A stretch of 64,000 nt of DNA from Dendrobates tinctorius (GCF_039654945.1 NW_027362117.1:682001-746000); one strand, 5' to 3'; positions 41,701 to 57,679 are shown, numbered from the stretch's first letter. A program made the numbers and translations. The notes: generated by a model from the sequence alone, not told the origin.

Positions 41701-43410
41701 GAGAGGACAGTGCTCAAATAAATACTGCCCCTATGTGCAAGAATATAGCTACTATAATACTGCCCCTATGTACAAGATTATAACTACTATAATACTGCTC
41801 CTATATACAAGACTATAACTACTATAATACTGCCCCCTGTGCACAGGAATATAACTACCATAATACTGCTCCCTGTGTACAAGAATATAACTACTATAAT
41901 ACTGCTCCTATGTACAAGATTATAACTACTATAATACTGCTCCTATGTACAAGAATATAACTACTATAATACTGCTCCTATGTACAAGAATATAACTACT
42001 ATAATACTGCCCCTATGTACAAGAATATAACTACTATAATACTGCTCCTATGTACAAGAATATAACTACTATAATACTGCCCCTATGTACAAGAATATAA
42101 CTACTATAATACTGCTCCTATGTACAAGAATATAACTACTATAATACTGCTCCTATGTACAAGAATATAACTACTATAATACTGCCCCCTATGTACAAGA
42201 ATATAACTACTATAATACTGCCTCCTATGTACAAGAATATAACTACTATAATACTGCTCCTATGTACAAGAATATAACTGCTATAATACTGCCCCTATGT
42301 ACAAGAATATAACTGCTATAATACTGCTAGAAGTATACTGACTGTTGAATATCTATATTTTGTTGGTTTGTCTCCTTGCAGTCGGTTGCACCTCCAGTCG
42401 TCTTGGAATCATGTTCTTAAATGAAGTGGTGTTGGGGAATGAGTACCATATTACAACTGATGATTGTTCTTTGAGAGTTGCTCCAAAGGGCTATGACAGC
42501 GTTGTGGCGCGTGGAATAACTGAGCCAGGTGCGAACCCCACAGAACACATCCACATGCACATAATCAGTTATATAACTCACACACTGTGTCTAATACTTC
42601 AGAGTAACTAAACCAACTCAGATAAGCATGTTTGTCCATAAAAGAATAGTGAGTGCAGCTCTGGAGTATAATACAGGAGGTAACTCAGGATCAGTAATGT
42701 ATGTACACAGTGACTGCACCAGCAGAATAGTGAGTGCAGCTCTGGGGTATAATACAGGAGGTAACTCAGGATCAGTAATGTAATGTATGCACACAGTGAC
42801 TGCACCAGCAGAATAGTGAGTGCAGCTCTGGGGTATAATACAGGATGTAACTCAGGATTCAGTAATGTAATGTATGTACACAGTGACTGCACCAGCAGAA
42901 TAGTGAGTGCAGCTCTGGAGTATAATACAGGATGTAACGCAGGATCAGTAATGTAATTTATGTACACAGTGACTGCACCAGCAGAATAGTGAGTGCAGCT
43001 CTGGGGTATAATACAGGATGTAACGCAGGATCAGTAATGTAATGTATGTACACAGTGACTGCACCAGCAGAATAGTGAGTGCAGCTCTTGGATATAATAC
43101 AGGATGTAACTCAGGATCAGTAATGTATGCACACAGTGACTGCACTAGCAGAATAGTCAGTGCAGCTCTGGGGTATAATACAGGAGCAGTAATGTATGTA
43201 CACTGTGACTCTCCCTGATCTTGTTGCTTTCTGTCCATAGATCCCTCTAAGGACTTTGAGCTGAAGTTGGATGGAAGGAAGATTATTGTTCCACAAGGGA
43301 AACCGATTAACATGTCCAAGTTCAAGAACTCCCACTTCTCTCAGAGCGAGTACCTGGTGTATCAGGAGAGTCAGGCTCGGCTGCGCTATCTCCTGTTGCT
43401 GCAGTTTTAG
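26499..43410 (+). CDS. PARP3: Protein mono-ADP-ribosyltransferase PARP3 (WGR, regulatory and catalytic domains); 10 coding exons, 1644 nt, about 547 aa
   Basis: Exons 26499-26720, 26833-26967, 27294-27488, 31146-31272, 31346-31569, 32617-32775, 33156-33242, 41357-41534, 42382-42528 and 43241-43410 are all GT-AG and in frame. Motifs WNRWGRVGE, LLWHGTN, GRGIYFASE and FSQSEYLVY are present. Confidence 0.96.
26833..26967 (+). CDS. PARP3: PARP3 exon, WGR domain
   Basis: YEDYDCMLNQTNIGHNNNKFYVIQLL...WNRWGRV. Confidence 0.95.
27294..27488 (+). CDS. PARP3: PARP3 exon, WGR domain
   Basis: DFEKKFKDKTKNNW...HPGKYTMIEV. Confidence 0.95.
27605..30990. repeat. About 30-bp minisatellite (CATCCTGGTATAATGTGTCTCACn) interrupted by a solo LTR
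   Basis: Tandem units with variable C-runs. Confidence 0.96.
28557..29374 (-). mobile_element. Solo LTR inserted in an intronic minisatellite
   Basis: TGTT...AACA ends; near-TSD GTGTC (one extra C); minus-strand TATA-like GATATAAG at about 29235-29242. Confidence 0.7.
31146..31272 (+). CDS. PARP3: PARP3 exon, regulatory domain
   Basis: PCSLDKPTQDLVSLIFSSDMFKDAMQTMNL. Confidence 0.94.
31346..31569 (+). CDS. PARP3: PARP3 exon, regulatory domain
   Basis: KKMPLGKLSKAQIAKGF...FYTIIPHNFG. Confidence 0.95.
31640..32525. repeat. 36-bp minisatellite
   Basis: CTGGTGCGGGGTAGCGGGGGTCCGGTGTAATCTCCC units. Confidence 0.96.
32617..32775 (+). CDS. PARP3: PARP3 exon
   Basis: VLADIELAQTLQ...VPHPLDVDYQLLKCQL. 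Confidence 0.95.
33156..33242 (+). CDS. PARP3: PARP3 exon (VIDTYVKHTGSSYHKLKIKNVWRVDRESE)
   Basis: GT-AG boundaries, phase 0. Confidence 0.92.
33708..34027. repeat. About 61-70-bp tandem repeat (GAGTACAGATAATGTAG...CCTGCAGTCCTATGTAACA)
   Basis: About 5 copies. Confidence 0.85.
34358..38610. repeat. 27-bp minisatellite (TGTGTGGACTGTTACGCCCTTTACCCC), about 157 copies
   Basis: Near-perfect array. Confidence 0.98.
38951..39780. mobile_element. PIF/Harbinger MITE, same family as 9594-10502
   Basis: TIR GGCT..GTTCACACGT; TTA TSD; long shared internal sequence. Confidence 0.85.
40316..41268. repeat. 25-bp minisatellite (CCACAGGGGGACCTCGCACTGAGACG-type)
   Basis: About 37 copies with a variant gradient. 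Confidence 0.97.
41357..41534 (+). CDS. PARP3: PARP3 exon, catalytic domain
   Basis: NRRLLWHGTNVAVVAAILKSGLRIMPHSGGRVGRGIYFASENSKSAGY. Confidence 0.96.
41721..42327. repeat. 34-bp AT-rich minisatellite (CTATGTACAAGAATATAACTACTATAATACTGC)
   Basis: About 18 copies. Confidence 0.96.
42382..42528 (+). CDS. PARP3: PARP3 exon, catalytic domain
   Basis: GIMFLNEVVLG...GYDSVVARGITEP. Confidence 0.95.
42643..43212. repeat. 86/81-bp satellite, second locus
   Basis: Same unit as 3361-6720. Confidence 0.96.
43241..43410 (+). CDS. PARP3: PARP3 last coding exon
   Basis: DPSKDFELKLDGRKIIVPQGKP...FSQSEYLVYQESQARLRYLLLLQF*. Confidence 0.95.
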
Positions 43411-44051
43411 GGTCTGTGCTCTCCTCCTCCTCCTTTCTAGGTATTTTCTGACCCCACAGCTCCTGATTATGGTAGACGCTGCTTTATCTGGAGACGAGAC
43501 CTGACAACAACCCACCATGATGCTGTAGACCTTCTATCTCTAAGAGGCGCTATGGAAGCAGTAGAGGAGTTCGGCCTCCAGTGTAAAGTGAAATCCTGTG
43601 TCTCTGTTTCTGAGGGCATGTTGGGGAGAGTCTGACGAGGCGCAGCCCCTTGCGAAAAACATATGTAAAAAGAAAGATGTCTCCTGCAAGAGGAGTGGAA
43701 ACTTCTGTATAATATTGGCCGTCTTCTGCATCTAGACTAAGATATCAGCCGGACCCCCCTATATGTAGAGAGTAGAGGAGCGACGCTGGAGTAATGAGGA
43801 TTGTAATGTAAGAGCATTAACCCCGTATTTTACAGCATCAGCCCCAATACTACTGCGGACCACCTATCTGTATCCTGTGTGAGAGGTGGTCCGCCTCGCC
43901 TCCACCTATCACTGCTGACAACCTGCCGGCTTCTCCCGTCCTTGGCTCTTGCACTCCGCTACATGTTCGGGTGCCGGCTGTGCTGCGCTGACTCCGTCTG
44001 CTTATTATTTACATTTTGTTACTTTTCCTTTGTTATATAAACATCGTTCAT

Positions 44052-44057
44052 AATAAA
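44052..44057 (+). terminator. Probable PARP3 polyadenylation signal
   Basis: AATAAA about 640 nt after the stop codon. Confidence 0.5.
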
Positions 44058-44371
44058 GAAAAGCTGGAATAATGAGAATCTTAAAGGGCCGGTGCTTATG
44101 TAATGGCAGCGTTCCGAGTCCTGCTCATACAGCCTTGTACAAGTCGTGGCCCCCACTGATATTGATGTTCTCTTCGGACCCTCACTGTCAGAAACTCTTG
44201 ATTTTATATGTTTTTAACATTGTTTCAGTTCTGTTGAACGTTGTTACTGTGACACAGATCGCACGGACGACTCTGCCACATGACCGCGCACATCTCGTCC
44301 CTTCCGCCCCCCGGGGTCACACGTGTCACCCCCAATATTCACACACAGAGCGTAGACTCATTATTAATCTC

Positions 44372-44377
44372 TTTATT
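44372..44377 (-). terminator. ABHD14B polyadenylation signal
   Basis: AATAAA on the minus strand about 80 nt after the stop codon. Confidence 0.6.
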
Positions 44378-44459
44378 GGTCAGTGATCGGTCTACGGGAC
44401 GAGGCGCAGATCGGAGGCGCCCTGCTAAACATCGGAACGTGAGGACGAGGCGACGCTCC

Positions 44460-49146
<4,687 letters not shown>

Positions 49147-49376
49147 GTCTGCAGCCGCTGTCACCTGGGAAATAACAGCAGAAATCTCAGCTCCAATCCT
49201 GGCAGCTGCTCACAGTTACCAGCATTAACTACTGCTTTCTCAGATCACCTGGGGGTGAGGTTCAGTCTTCAAGGTGTTTCTGCTTATTAACCAATGAACC
49301 AGGAGGCTCAGGACGAACAGTATAGCTGTACAATGGGCTGGCGGTGTGTGTCTAGGGGAGGCTGGCCGTGTGTGCA

Positions 49377-50241
49377 TGTTACACTGCTCCGTCATACTCA
49401 CCTGGCCTCCGCTCCCTCGCCGCAGCCTCTCTCCTTCCGACGGTCGCGGCGCTCACCTGTGACGGGCTCGTGGCCGATGCCATCCCTGCATGCTATGCGC
49501 ATGCGCCATAGGCCGTGGCCTCCCTCCGGCTTCTTGTGCTCCGGCTATGCCCTGACCCGGAAGCACCTCCCTAACCAATGGCAGACCAGACAGGAGCATA
49601 TCAGGCCGCTTCCCCCTGAGGGAGGTGCCTGATTGTTGTGTTTCCTAGCACACTGGGCCTCGCTGCATCGTGTGCTCTCGGCTCCTGCAGTTCCGTTCTC
49701 GCCTGCTCTCCGCAGCAGCCTCTCAGTCCTGCTACCCGGGTTCCTTGCTCTCTTCCGCAGTCCTGTCTCCGGTGTTCCTGCCATCCTACTCCAGTCCTGC
49801 CTTCGGTGTTCCTGTTCCATCCTACTCCAGTCCTGCCTCCGCTGTTCCTGTTCCATCCTGCTCCAGTCCTGCCTCCGGTGTTCCTGTTCCATCCTACTCC
49901 TGTCCTGCCTCCAGTGTTCCAGTTCCTTCCAGCTTCTGTCCTTCCGTCCTTCTTTCATCTTTTCTCCTGTGTTCCTACTCCTGTCATCCCTCCTCGTTCC
50001 AGTCTACTGTCTCACTCCAATCCTGCCTCCTGGTTCCAGCTCTGTCATTCTATACTTCAGGCCCACAGTCCTACTCCGGTCCATCCTGAGCCGCCCCTCT
50101 CGGTACCGGCTACCTTGGTACTCGAACCCCTGGGCCTGCTCCTAACGGTCCCTGTATAGGGGTCGGTCCCACCTGGCAGCTCGCCCGGGGCCCCTTGGTG
50201 CCACGGTCCACTCCTTGAGTTCCAGACCACCCACGCTAACA
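49377..50241 (+). repeat. 5' LTR
   Basis: TG...CA ends; CCAAT at 49575 and TATA-like CATATCA at 49597; homologous to 54801-55638. Confidence 0.93.
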
Positions 50242-50254
50242 GTACAATCAGGCC

Positions 50255-53073
50255 ATGGACTCCGCCAGTTCTACGGCTGCTACCCAGAAAAAGTTGCTCT
50301 TTCTGCGGGAGAATCAGGGACGCATTATGTCGGTCTTGAAGTCTATGGACACCCGTTTGTCGGCCTTGCAGGTAGCCGATCCTGGAAATGCCTCCCAGCT
50401 GGCCAGTCTCCAACAGGAACTGGGTCAGCAACAAGATACGCAAGCCCACATTTTGTCTTACATGGCCTCCTTTGACAGCCGCTTGTCGGCCCTCCAGGCT
50501 GCCACTGCATCCCCGACTCCTCCTTCCGCGTCTACAGTTCTCCCGACGCCCCGCCTCGCTTCACCGGGGATCCCAAGCTCTGTAAGGGGTTCTTAAATCA
50601 GTGTAGCCTCCACTTTGAATGGTTGCCGCAGCAATATCCCTCGGACCGGGCCAAGGTGGCCTTCATCATGTCCCATCTGGAGGGAGAGGCCCTGTCTTGG
50701 TTGAATCCGCTCTGGGAACGTGACGATCCAGTAGTCTCGAGTCTCCCGGTTTTCCTAGATACGTTTCGTAGGTTTTCGATGTGCCGGGTCGGTTAGCCTC
50801 TCTCACTGAGTCACTCTTTAACTTACATCAGGGCTCTCTCACAGTCGGACAGTGCGCTATTCACTTTCACACTATCTCCTCCGACCTCGGCTGGAATAAC
50901 GCGGCCTTGGTAGGGGCATTCTGGCGCGGTCTTTCAGGCAGAACAAAAGATGAACTCGCAGGTCGAGATACCCCGTCCACCTTAGAGGACCTTATCTCGC
51001 TGGCTACCCGCATTGACCTACGCTTCTTGGAGCGCGCTCGGGAGTCAGCGAGAGACAGGAGGTCCACCAGGCCAGTTCCCCTTTTCATCTGATCTGCCAG
51101 CTCCCGTTCGGCCGGGTCCTCTCCTCCCTCTTCGGTCGAATCCATGCAGATAGATCGCCTTAGGTTGGCCGAGTTGCGCCAGAGAGACGGGCACAGGGTC
51201 TGTGCCTCTATTGCGGTGATTCGTCAACTATATCCGCACCTGTTCTAAGAGACAGGGAAACGACTCCACCTGGGTCAGGTAAGAGAGGCCTCCCTAGGTG
51301 ATGATGATCCCTCTCAACCCCTTACGATTTCTGTGCTTTTGGTTTCAGGGGAGAGACATGGGTCCGAGGTGGCCTACGTGGATTCGGGCTCGGCAGGTAA
51401 CTTCATTCGGCCTGAAGAGGTGGACAGATACCGAATTCCTGTAGTCACTCTGTCTAACCCTATTCAGATTGCCACTGTGGATGGCAAACCGCTATAGGTG
51501 ACCGTCACCTTGGTCACTGAAGAAGTGGAGTTGCAAGTCGGAGCCTTACATCGAGAGAAGATAGCCTTTTATGTTTTACCAAAGCTCTCCCACGCCATTG
51601 TACTCGGTTTCCCATGGTTAAGGACTCATCAGCCTGTTCTCGACTGGTCTTCTGGGGAGATACTCTGCTGGGATCACCCATGCCAAGCTCGCTGTCTGAC
51701 TCCTGTCCGCCTGGCGGCCGCTCCTCGTCGCCTCCAAACCTTTCAGGTCTTCCTCCAGCCTACAGCTCCTACGCCGATGTGTTTGATAAGACGGAAGCGG
51801 AGGTCCTTCCTCCACACCGGCCGTTTGACTGCCCAATTGAACTTCTTCCCGGTTCAACCCCTCCAAGGGGCAGAATTTACCCTCTGTCTCCCGCAGAGAC
51901 CACCGCCATGTCTGAGTACGTCCGAGAGAACCTCGCCAAAGGCTTTATTCGGAAACCCTCTTCGCCCGCAGGAGCCGGGTTCTTCTTCGTCAAAAAGAAG
52001 GACGGAACGCTACGGCAGTGCATTGACTATAGGTGCTTGAATGAAATTACCATCAAGAACAGGTACCCTCTTCCACTCATTCCGGAGCTGTTTGACCGTC
52101 TCAGAGGGGCTCGGGTCTTCTCCAAGCTGGACCTCAGAGGAGCCTATAATCTGGTCCGTATCCGTGCAGGTGACGAGTGGAAGACCGCTTTCAACACTCG
52201 AGACGGCCATTACGAGTACCTGGTCATGCCCTTTGGCCTCTGCAATGCTCCTGCGGTGTTTCAAGAGTTCGTAAATGAGTTCTTCCGGGATATCTTGTAC
52301 TCCTGTGTGGACGTGTACTTAGACAACATCCTCGTCTTCTCGCCGGACCTCTCGTCCCACAGAAAGAGTGTCCGCCTGGTGCTTCAGCGTCTTCGGAAGA
52401 ACCGCCTGTATGCGAAGATCGAGAAATGTCTCTTCGAACAGACCTCTCTGCCATTTCTGGGATACATTATCTCCGACATTGGTCTAAGGATGGATCCCGA
52501 GAAGTTGTCTGCCATCCTCAAATGGCCTCGCCCCGTCGGAGTAAAGGCGATACGATTCCTCGGATTCGCCAATTATTACCAGCAATTTTTCTCCCACTTC
52601 TCTGCGATGACAAGACCCATTTCTGCGCTCACCTGTAAAGGGTCTACTCCCAAAGATTGGTCTCCTGAGGCAGAAGAGGCCTTTCTGACCCTAAAACGGG
52701 CTTTCTCCACGGCTCCGGTCCTGCATCACCCTGAGAGCTATCGACCTTTTGTACTCGAGGTGGACGTTTCCTCGATGGGTGCCGGGGCAGTACTGTCCCA
52801 GAGAACCGCCTCCGGTCGCCTGCACCCTTGTGGCTTCTTCTCGAAGGTCTTTTCTCCATCCGAGTGTAATTACTCGATCGATGACCGGGAACTTCTGGCC
52901 ATCAAGTTGGCCTTGGAAGAATGGCGCCACCTCCTGGAGGGAGCTGTCCATCCCTAGGGCAGCACGGTGGCTCAGTGGTTAGCGCTGCAGCTTTGCAGCG
53001 CTGGGGTCCTGGGTTCGAATCCCACCAAGGACAACATCTGCAAGGAGTTTGTATGTTCTCCCCGTGTTTGCGT

Positions 53074-53104
<31 letters not shown>

Positions 53105-54800
53105 ACACTCCAAAGACATACTGATAGGGAATTTAGATTGTGAGCCCCATCGGGGACAGTGATGAAATGTGTGCAAACTGTAAAGCGCTGCGGAATATGT
53201 TAGCGCTATATAAAAATAAAGATTATTATTATTATTATCCCTTTGTCATCTTCTCGGACCACAAGAATCTGGCCTATCTCCAGTCTGCCCAGAGACTCAA
53301 CCCTCGCCAGGCCAGATGGTCCTTATTTTTCGCCCGATTTGACTTCGAACTCTGTTTCCGTCCTGGCAACAAGAATACCAAAGCCGACGCCCTGTCCAGG
53401 GTCTCCCAGCCACACGAAACCACAGAGGAACCTTCGCATATCATTGATCCCACTAGGATCATCACAGTGGCTCCAGTGAACTGGCTTACCCCTCCTCCAG
53501 GCAAGACGCTTGTGCCTGAGAATCTCAAGCGAAAGGTCCTTCTATGGGGGCACTCCTCCAAACTGGCCGGCCATGCCGGAACTAAGAAGACCCTTGACCA
53601 TTTCACGCGTCACTACTGGTGGCCCACGCTTCGCCAAGATGTACTCGACTTTGTGGCTTCTTGTCCATCATGTGCTAAAAACAAAGTGCCACGAAGACCT
53701 CCGTCTGGCTTGTTGCTTCCGTTGCCCGTCCCTGCGGTTCCTTGGGAGAACTTCGCCATGTATTTCATCACCGACCTACCCCGCTCTTCGGGTTGCACAG
53801 TTATCTTGGTGGTGGTGGATCGTTTTTCCAAGATGGCCCACTTCGTCCCTCTGCCCGGTCTTCTCTCGGCGCCGGAGCTGGCCAAAGTTTTCATTCATCA
53901 AATCTTCACGGACTACCTCAACGCATTGTCTCCGACCGAGGGGTTCAATTTACCTCCAAGTTCTGGCGATCACTTTGTAAGCTCATGAATGTTTCCCTCG
54001 ACTTCTCCTCTCGGCCTACCATCCACAGTCCAATGGACAGATAGAACGTACCAACCAGACGCTTACGGGGAACCTACAACACTTCTCCAACACCCACCAG
54101 AACGATTGGGTCGACTTACTCCCCTGGGCAGAGTTCGCTTATAACAACCATGCTGGTGAGTCCTCGGCCAAGTCTCCGTTTTTCATTGTTTTTGGCAGAC
54201 ATCCTGGTGTCCCTCTTCCGATAACTCCTGCCTCCGAGGTACCCGCGGCCAACGCCTTGTCCTCTGAATTTTCCAAGATTTGGGCCGAGACCAACACGTC
54301 ACTCAAGAAGTCCGCTGATCGGATGAAGAATTATACCGACAAAAGGAGATTGGATCCTCCACCGTATCGTGTTGGGGACAAGGTCTGGCTCTCCGCCAAA
54401 TTCATCCGATTGAAACTGCCCTCCTACAAATTAGGACGACGCTACATCAGTCCGTTTGAAATTCTTGGACGCATCAACGAAGTCGCCTACAAATTGAGGT
54501 TGCCTGCTTCGCTCCGGGTCCCGAACACCTTCCACGTCTCTCTCCTGAAGCCTGTGGTGCTGAATCGCTTCCATTCCTTGCCTGATCCTGGTCCTCAGCC
54601 GGTGGGTGCCGATGATGTTTTTAAAGTGCAGGACATTCTCACTATGAAGAGAGTTAGAGGTAGGACTTTCTTTCTTGTTGATTGGAAGGGTTTTGGTCCT
54701 GAGGAGAGATCCTGGGAGCCTCGGGAGAATATCAATGCTCCCCGTATCCTCAAGAGATTTCTTGCTAATCTCCGGGGAGGGCGGCTTAGGGGGGGGGTAC
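50255..54800 (+). pseudogene. Disrupted gag-pol of the chromovirus
   Basis: Multiple frameshifts; RT YLDD reads YLDN (52316-52327); integrase MDFITDLP reads MYFITDLP; SINE inserted in RNase H; chromodomain FLVDWKGFGPEERSWEP. Confidence 0.9.
52956..53236 (+). mobile_element. tRNA-derived V-SINE nested in pol
   Basis: A box TGGCTCAGTGG; B box GGTTCGAATCC; V-domain GTTCTCCCCGTG...GGGTTTCCTCCGGG...CCGGTTTCCTCCCAC; (ATT)n tail; TSD ATCCCT. Removing it restores ...GAVHPFVIFSDHKNL. Confidence 0.93.
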
Positions 54801-55638
54801 TGTTACACTGCTCCGTCATACTCACCTGGCCTCCGCTCCCACGCCACTGCCGGCCTCTGCTCCCTCGCCGCAGTCTCTCTCCTTCTGACGGTCGCGGTGC
54901 TCACCTGTGACGGGCTCGCCTCCCTCCAGCTTCTTGTGCTCCGGCTATGCCCTGGCCCGGAAGCACCTCCCTAACCAATGGCAGGCCAGACAGAAGCATA
55001 TCAGGCCGCTTCTCCCTGAGGGAGGTGCCTGATTGTTGTGTTTCCTAGCACACTGGCCTCGCTGCATCGTGTGCTCTCGGCTCCTGCAGTTACGTTCTCG
55101 CCTGCTCTCCGCAGCAGCCTCTCAGTCCTGCTACCCGGGTTCCTTGCTCTCTTCCGCAGTCCTGTCTCCGGTGTTCCTGCCATCCTACTCCAGTCCTGCC
55201 TCCGGTGTTCCTGTTCCATCCTGCTCCAGTCCTGCCTCCAGTGTTCCTGTTCCATCCTGCTCCAGTCCTGCCGTCCTACTCCAGTCCTGCCTCCGGTGTT
55301 CCAGTTCCTTCCAGCTTCTGTCCTTCCGTCCTCCTCCCATCCTTTCTCCTGTGTTCCTACTCCTGTTGTCCCTCCTCATTCCAGTCTACTGTCTCACTCC
55401 AATCCTGCCTCCTGGTTCCAGCTCTGTCATTCTATTCTTCAGGCCCACAGTCTTACTCTGGTCCATCCTGAGCCGCCCCTCTCGGTACCGGCTACCATGG
55501 TATTTGAACCCTTCGGCCTGCTCCTAACGGTCCCTGTATAAGGGTCGGTCCCACCTGGCAGCTCGCCCGGGGCCCCTCGGTGCCACGGTCCAGAGGGTCC
55601 ACTCCTGGAGTTCCAGTTCCAGACCACCCACGCTAACA
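54801..55638 (+). repeat. 3' LTR
   Basis: Follows the polypurine tract; ends in AACA followed by the TSD. Confidence 0.93.
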
Positions 55639-56330
55639 GTGCAGGGGAGGCTGGCGGTGTATGTGTAGGGGAAGCTGACGGTGTGTATGTAGAGGAGGCT
55701 GGCGGTGTGTGTGTGTGTAGGGGAGGCTGGCGGTGTGTATGTAGAGGCTGGCGGTGTGTGTGTGTAGGGGAGGCTGGCGGTGTGTATGTAGGGGAGACTG
55801 GCGGTGTGTATGTAGGGGAGGCTGGCGGTGTGTGTAGGGGAGGCTGGCGGTGTGTGTGTAGGGGAGGCCGGCGGTGTGTGTGTGNNNNNNNNNNNNNNNN
55901 NNNNNNNNNNNNNNNNNNNNNNNNNNNNNNNNNNNNNNNNNNNNNNNNNNNNNNNNNNNNNNNNNNNNNNNNNNNNNNNNNNNNNNNNNNNNNNNNNNNN
56001 NNNNNNNNNNNNNNNNNNNNNNNNNNNNNNNNNNNNNNNNNNNNNNNNNNNNNNNNNNNNNNNNNNNNNNNNNNNNNNNNNNNNNNNGTGTAGGGGAGGC
56101 CGGCGGTGTGTGTAGGGGAGGCTGGCCGTGTGTGTGTGTGTGTGTAGGGGAGGCTGGCCGTGTNNNNNNNNNNNNNNNNNNNNNNNNNNNNNNNNNNNNN
56201 NNNNNNNNNNNNNNNNNNNNNNNNNNNNNNNNNNNNNNNNNNNNNNNNNNNNNNNNNNNNNNNNNNNNNNNNNNNNNNNNNNNNNNNNNNNNNNNNNNNN
56301 NGTGTGTAGAGGAAGCTGGCGGTGGGTGTG
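55639..56330. repeat. (GT)n-AGGGGAGGCTGGCG minisatellite, partly N-masked; continues from 49335-49376 across the LTR element
   Basis: Same unit on both sides of the TSD. Confidence 0.9.
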
Positions 56331-56908
56331 TGTCCCTGGGTGGGTTTATATCTTTGTCTACAAAAAAACAAAAACTAGGCAGACGAGCCATAAAGGGTGC
56401 AGCGGGGCAGAGGTGACGCCGCGGGCTCGGTCATTGGCACCAGCACAAGTCAATAACCTGCAGCTCTTCAGCCCCAATAAAAGCGACAGCCGCCATTACT
56501 GCAGCAGGACGTTATCAGCACAGACAGGCGGCGATTATCTGCTGTCGTCACAGGAGGGTCGCGCTGATACACGTCTGTGTGTATACGCTCCTACAGAGCA
56601 GTATATAGATATTCACCAGAGCCAGCAGGACCGGACGTCTCCGGACACAACGCACCTGAACCCACGGCTCAACTTACAGGACACAGCCCCTAATCCGCTC
56701 CGCACCCTGGAAAGCCGAGGACGGCGGCGTCAGCCACACTGTATACACCGTCTATAAGGGGGGGGGATCAGGACCCCGGACCACACAGACCCTGAGGAAG
56801 GGCAACCTCTGGGCTCTCTGCCGTCACATAGCCCCTAAGTCCACCGGCGCAGATACACCACCACCGCCCCGGACACTGCAAAATAGCACCTGGCTCACAC
56901 CCTGCAGG

Positions 56909-57066
56909 ACTACAACTCCCATCATCACCTGACAGTCACATTCAGCTGCATCTATACAGACCACCACATACAGCGCGACCCCCAGACCAGGGTGTGTCAG
57001 CAGCCTGCAGCTGCCAGGGGCTGGGGAACTACAACTCCCATCATCACCTGACAGTCACATTCAGCT
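56909..57066. promoter_or_regulatory. Duplicated ACTACAACTCCCA motif (ZNF143/THAP11-type) in the ABHD14B/ABHD14A divergent region
   Basis: Roughly 39-bp direct repeat at 56909 and 57028. The same motif also occurs in intronic DNA (606, 24670), so it may be repeat-derived. Confidence 0.35.
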
Positions 57067-57260
57067 CTGCTGCAGAAATTACAGGGTGACAGCAGAGCTG
57101 ACAATGAGCAGGGGGTGCATGCAGCAGAGCTGACTCAGTGCTGACCCTGCACTGCAGAGGAATAGTAACTATCAGCGGCTCCTACCTTCTGTCCTGAAGG
57201 GAAACTCGCAGAATACAAAGTTCAGACAGGAAGCAAAAATAATAAGACTCTGATCTGCTC

Positions 57261-57667
57261 AGCACTGCCCCCAGAGGACAGAGGAGGAATAACACAGCAC
57301 TGCCCCCAGAGGACAGAGGAGGAATAACACAGCACTGCCCCCAGAGGACAGAGGAGGAATAACACAGCACTGCCCCTAGAGGAGGAATAACACAGCACTG
57401 CCCCCAGAGGACGAATAACACAGCACTGTCCCCAGAGGACAGAGGAGGAATAACACAGCACTGCCCCCAGAGGAGGAATAACAAAGCACTGCCCCCAGAG
57501 GACAGAGGAGGAATAACACAGCACTGCCCCCCAGAGGAGGAATAACACAGCACTGCCCCCAGAGGACAGAGGAGGAATAACACAACACTGCCCCCAGAGG
57601 ACAGAGGAGGAATAACACAGCACTGCCCCCAGAGGAAGAATAACACAGCACTGCCCCCAGAGGAGGA
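57261..57667. repeat. 28/35-bp minisatellite (AGCACTGCCCCCAGAGG(ACAGAGG)AGGAATAACAC)
   Basis: Tandem units. Confidence 0.95.
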
Positions 57668-57679
57668 AGCTGGTAATTG

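Larger units (their letters stand above)
49377..55638 (+). mobile_element. Full-length decayed Ty3/Gypsy chromovirus (Tf1/sushi group) LTR retrotransposon upstream of the ABHD14B coding exons (probably in its 5'-UTR intron)
   Basis: LTRs 49377-50241 and 54801-55638 (TGTT...AACA); TSD GTGCA on both sides; PPT at 54788-54797; domain order gag, protease (VDSGS), RT, RNase H, integrase, chromodomain. Confidence 0.96.

Noticed and set aside
51614-52957. Functional reverse transcriptase or PEG10/RTL-like domesticated gene
   Set aside because: Catalytic Asp lost, frameshifts, SINE insertion, and LTRs retained
52957-53030. tRNA gene
   Set aside because: It is the tRNA-derived head of a V-SINE with body, tail and TSD
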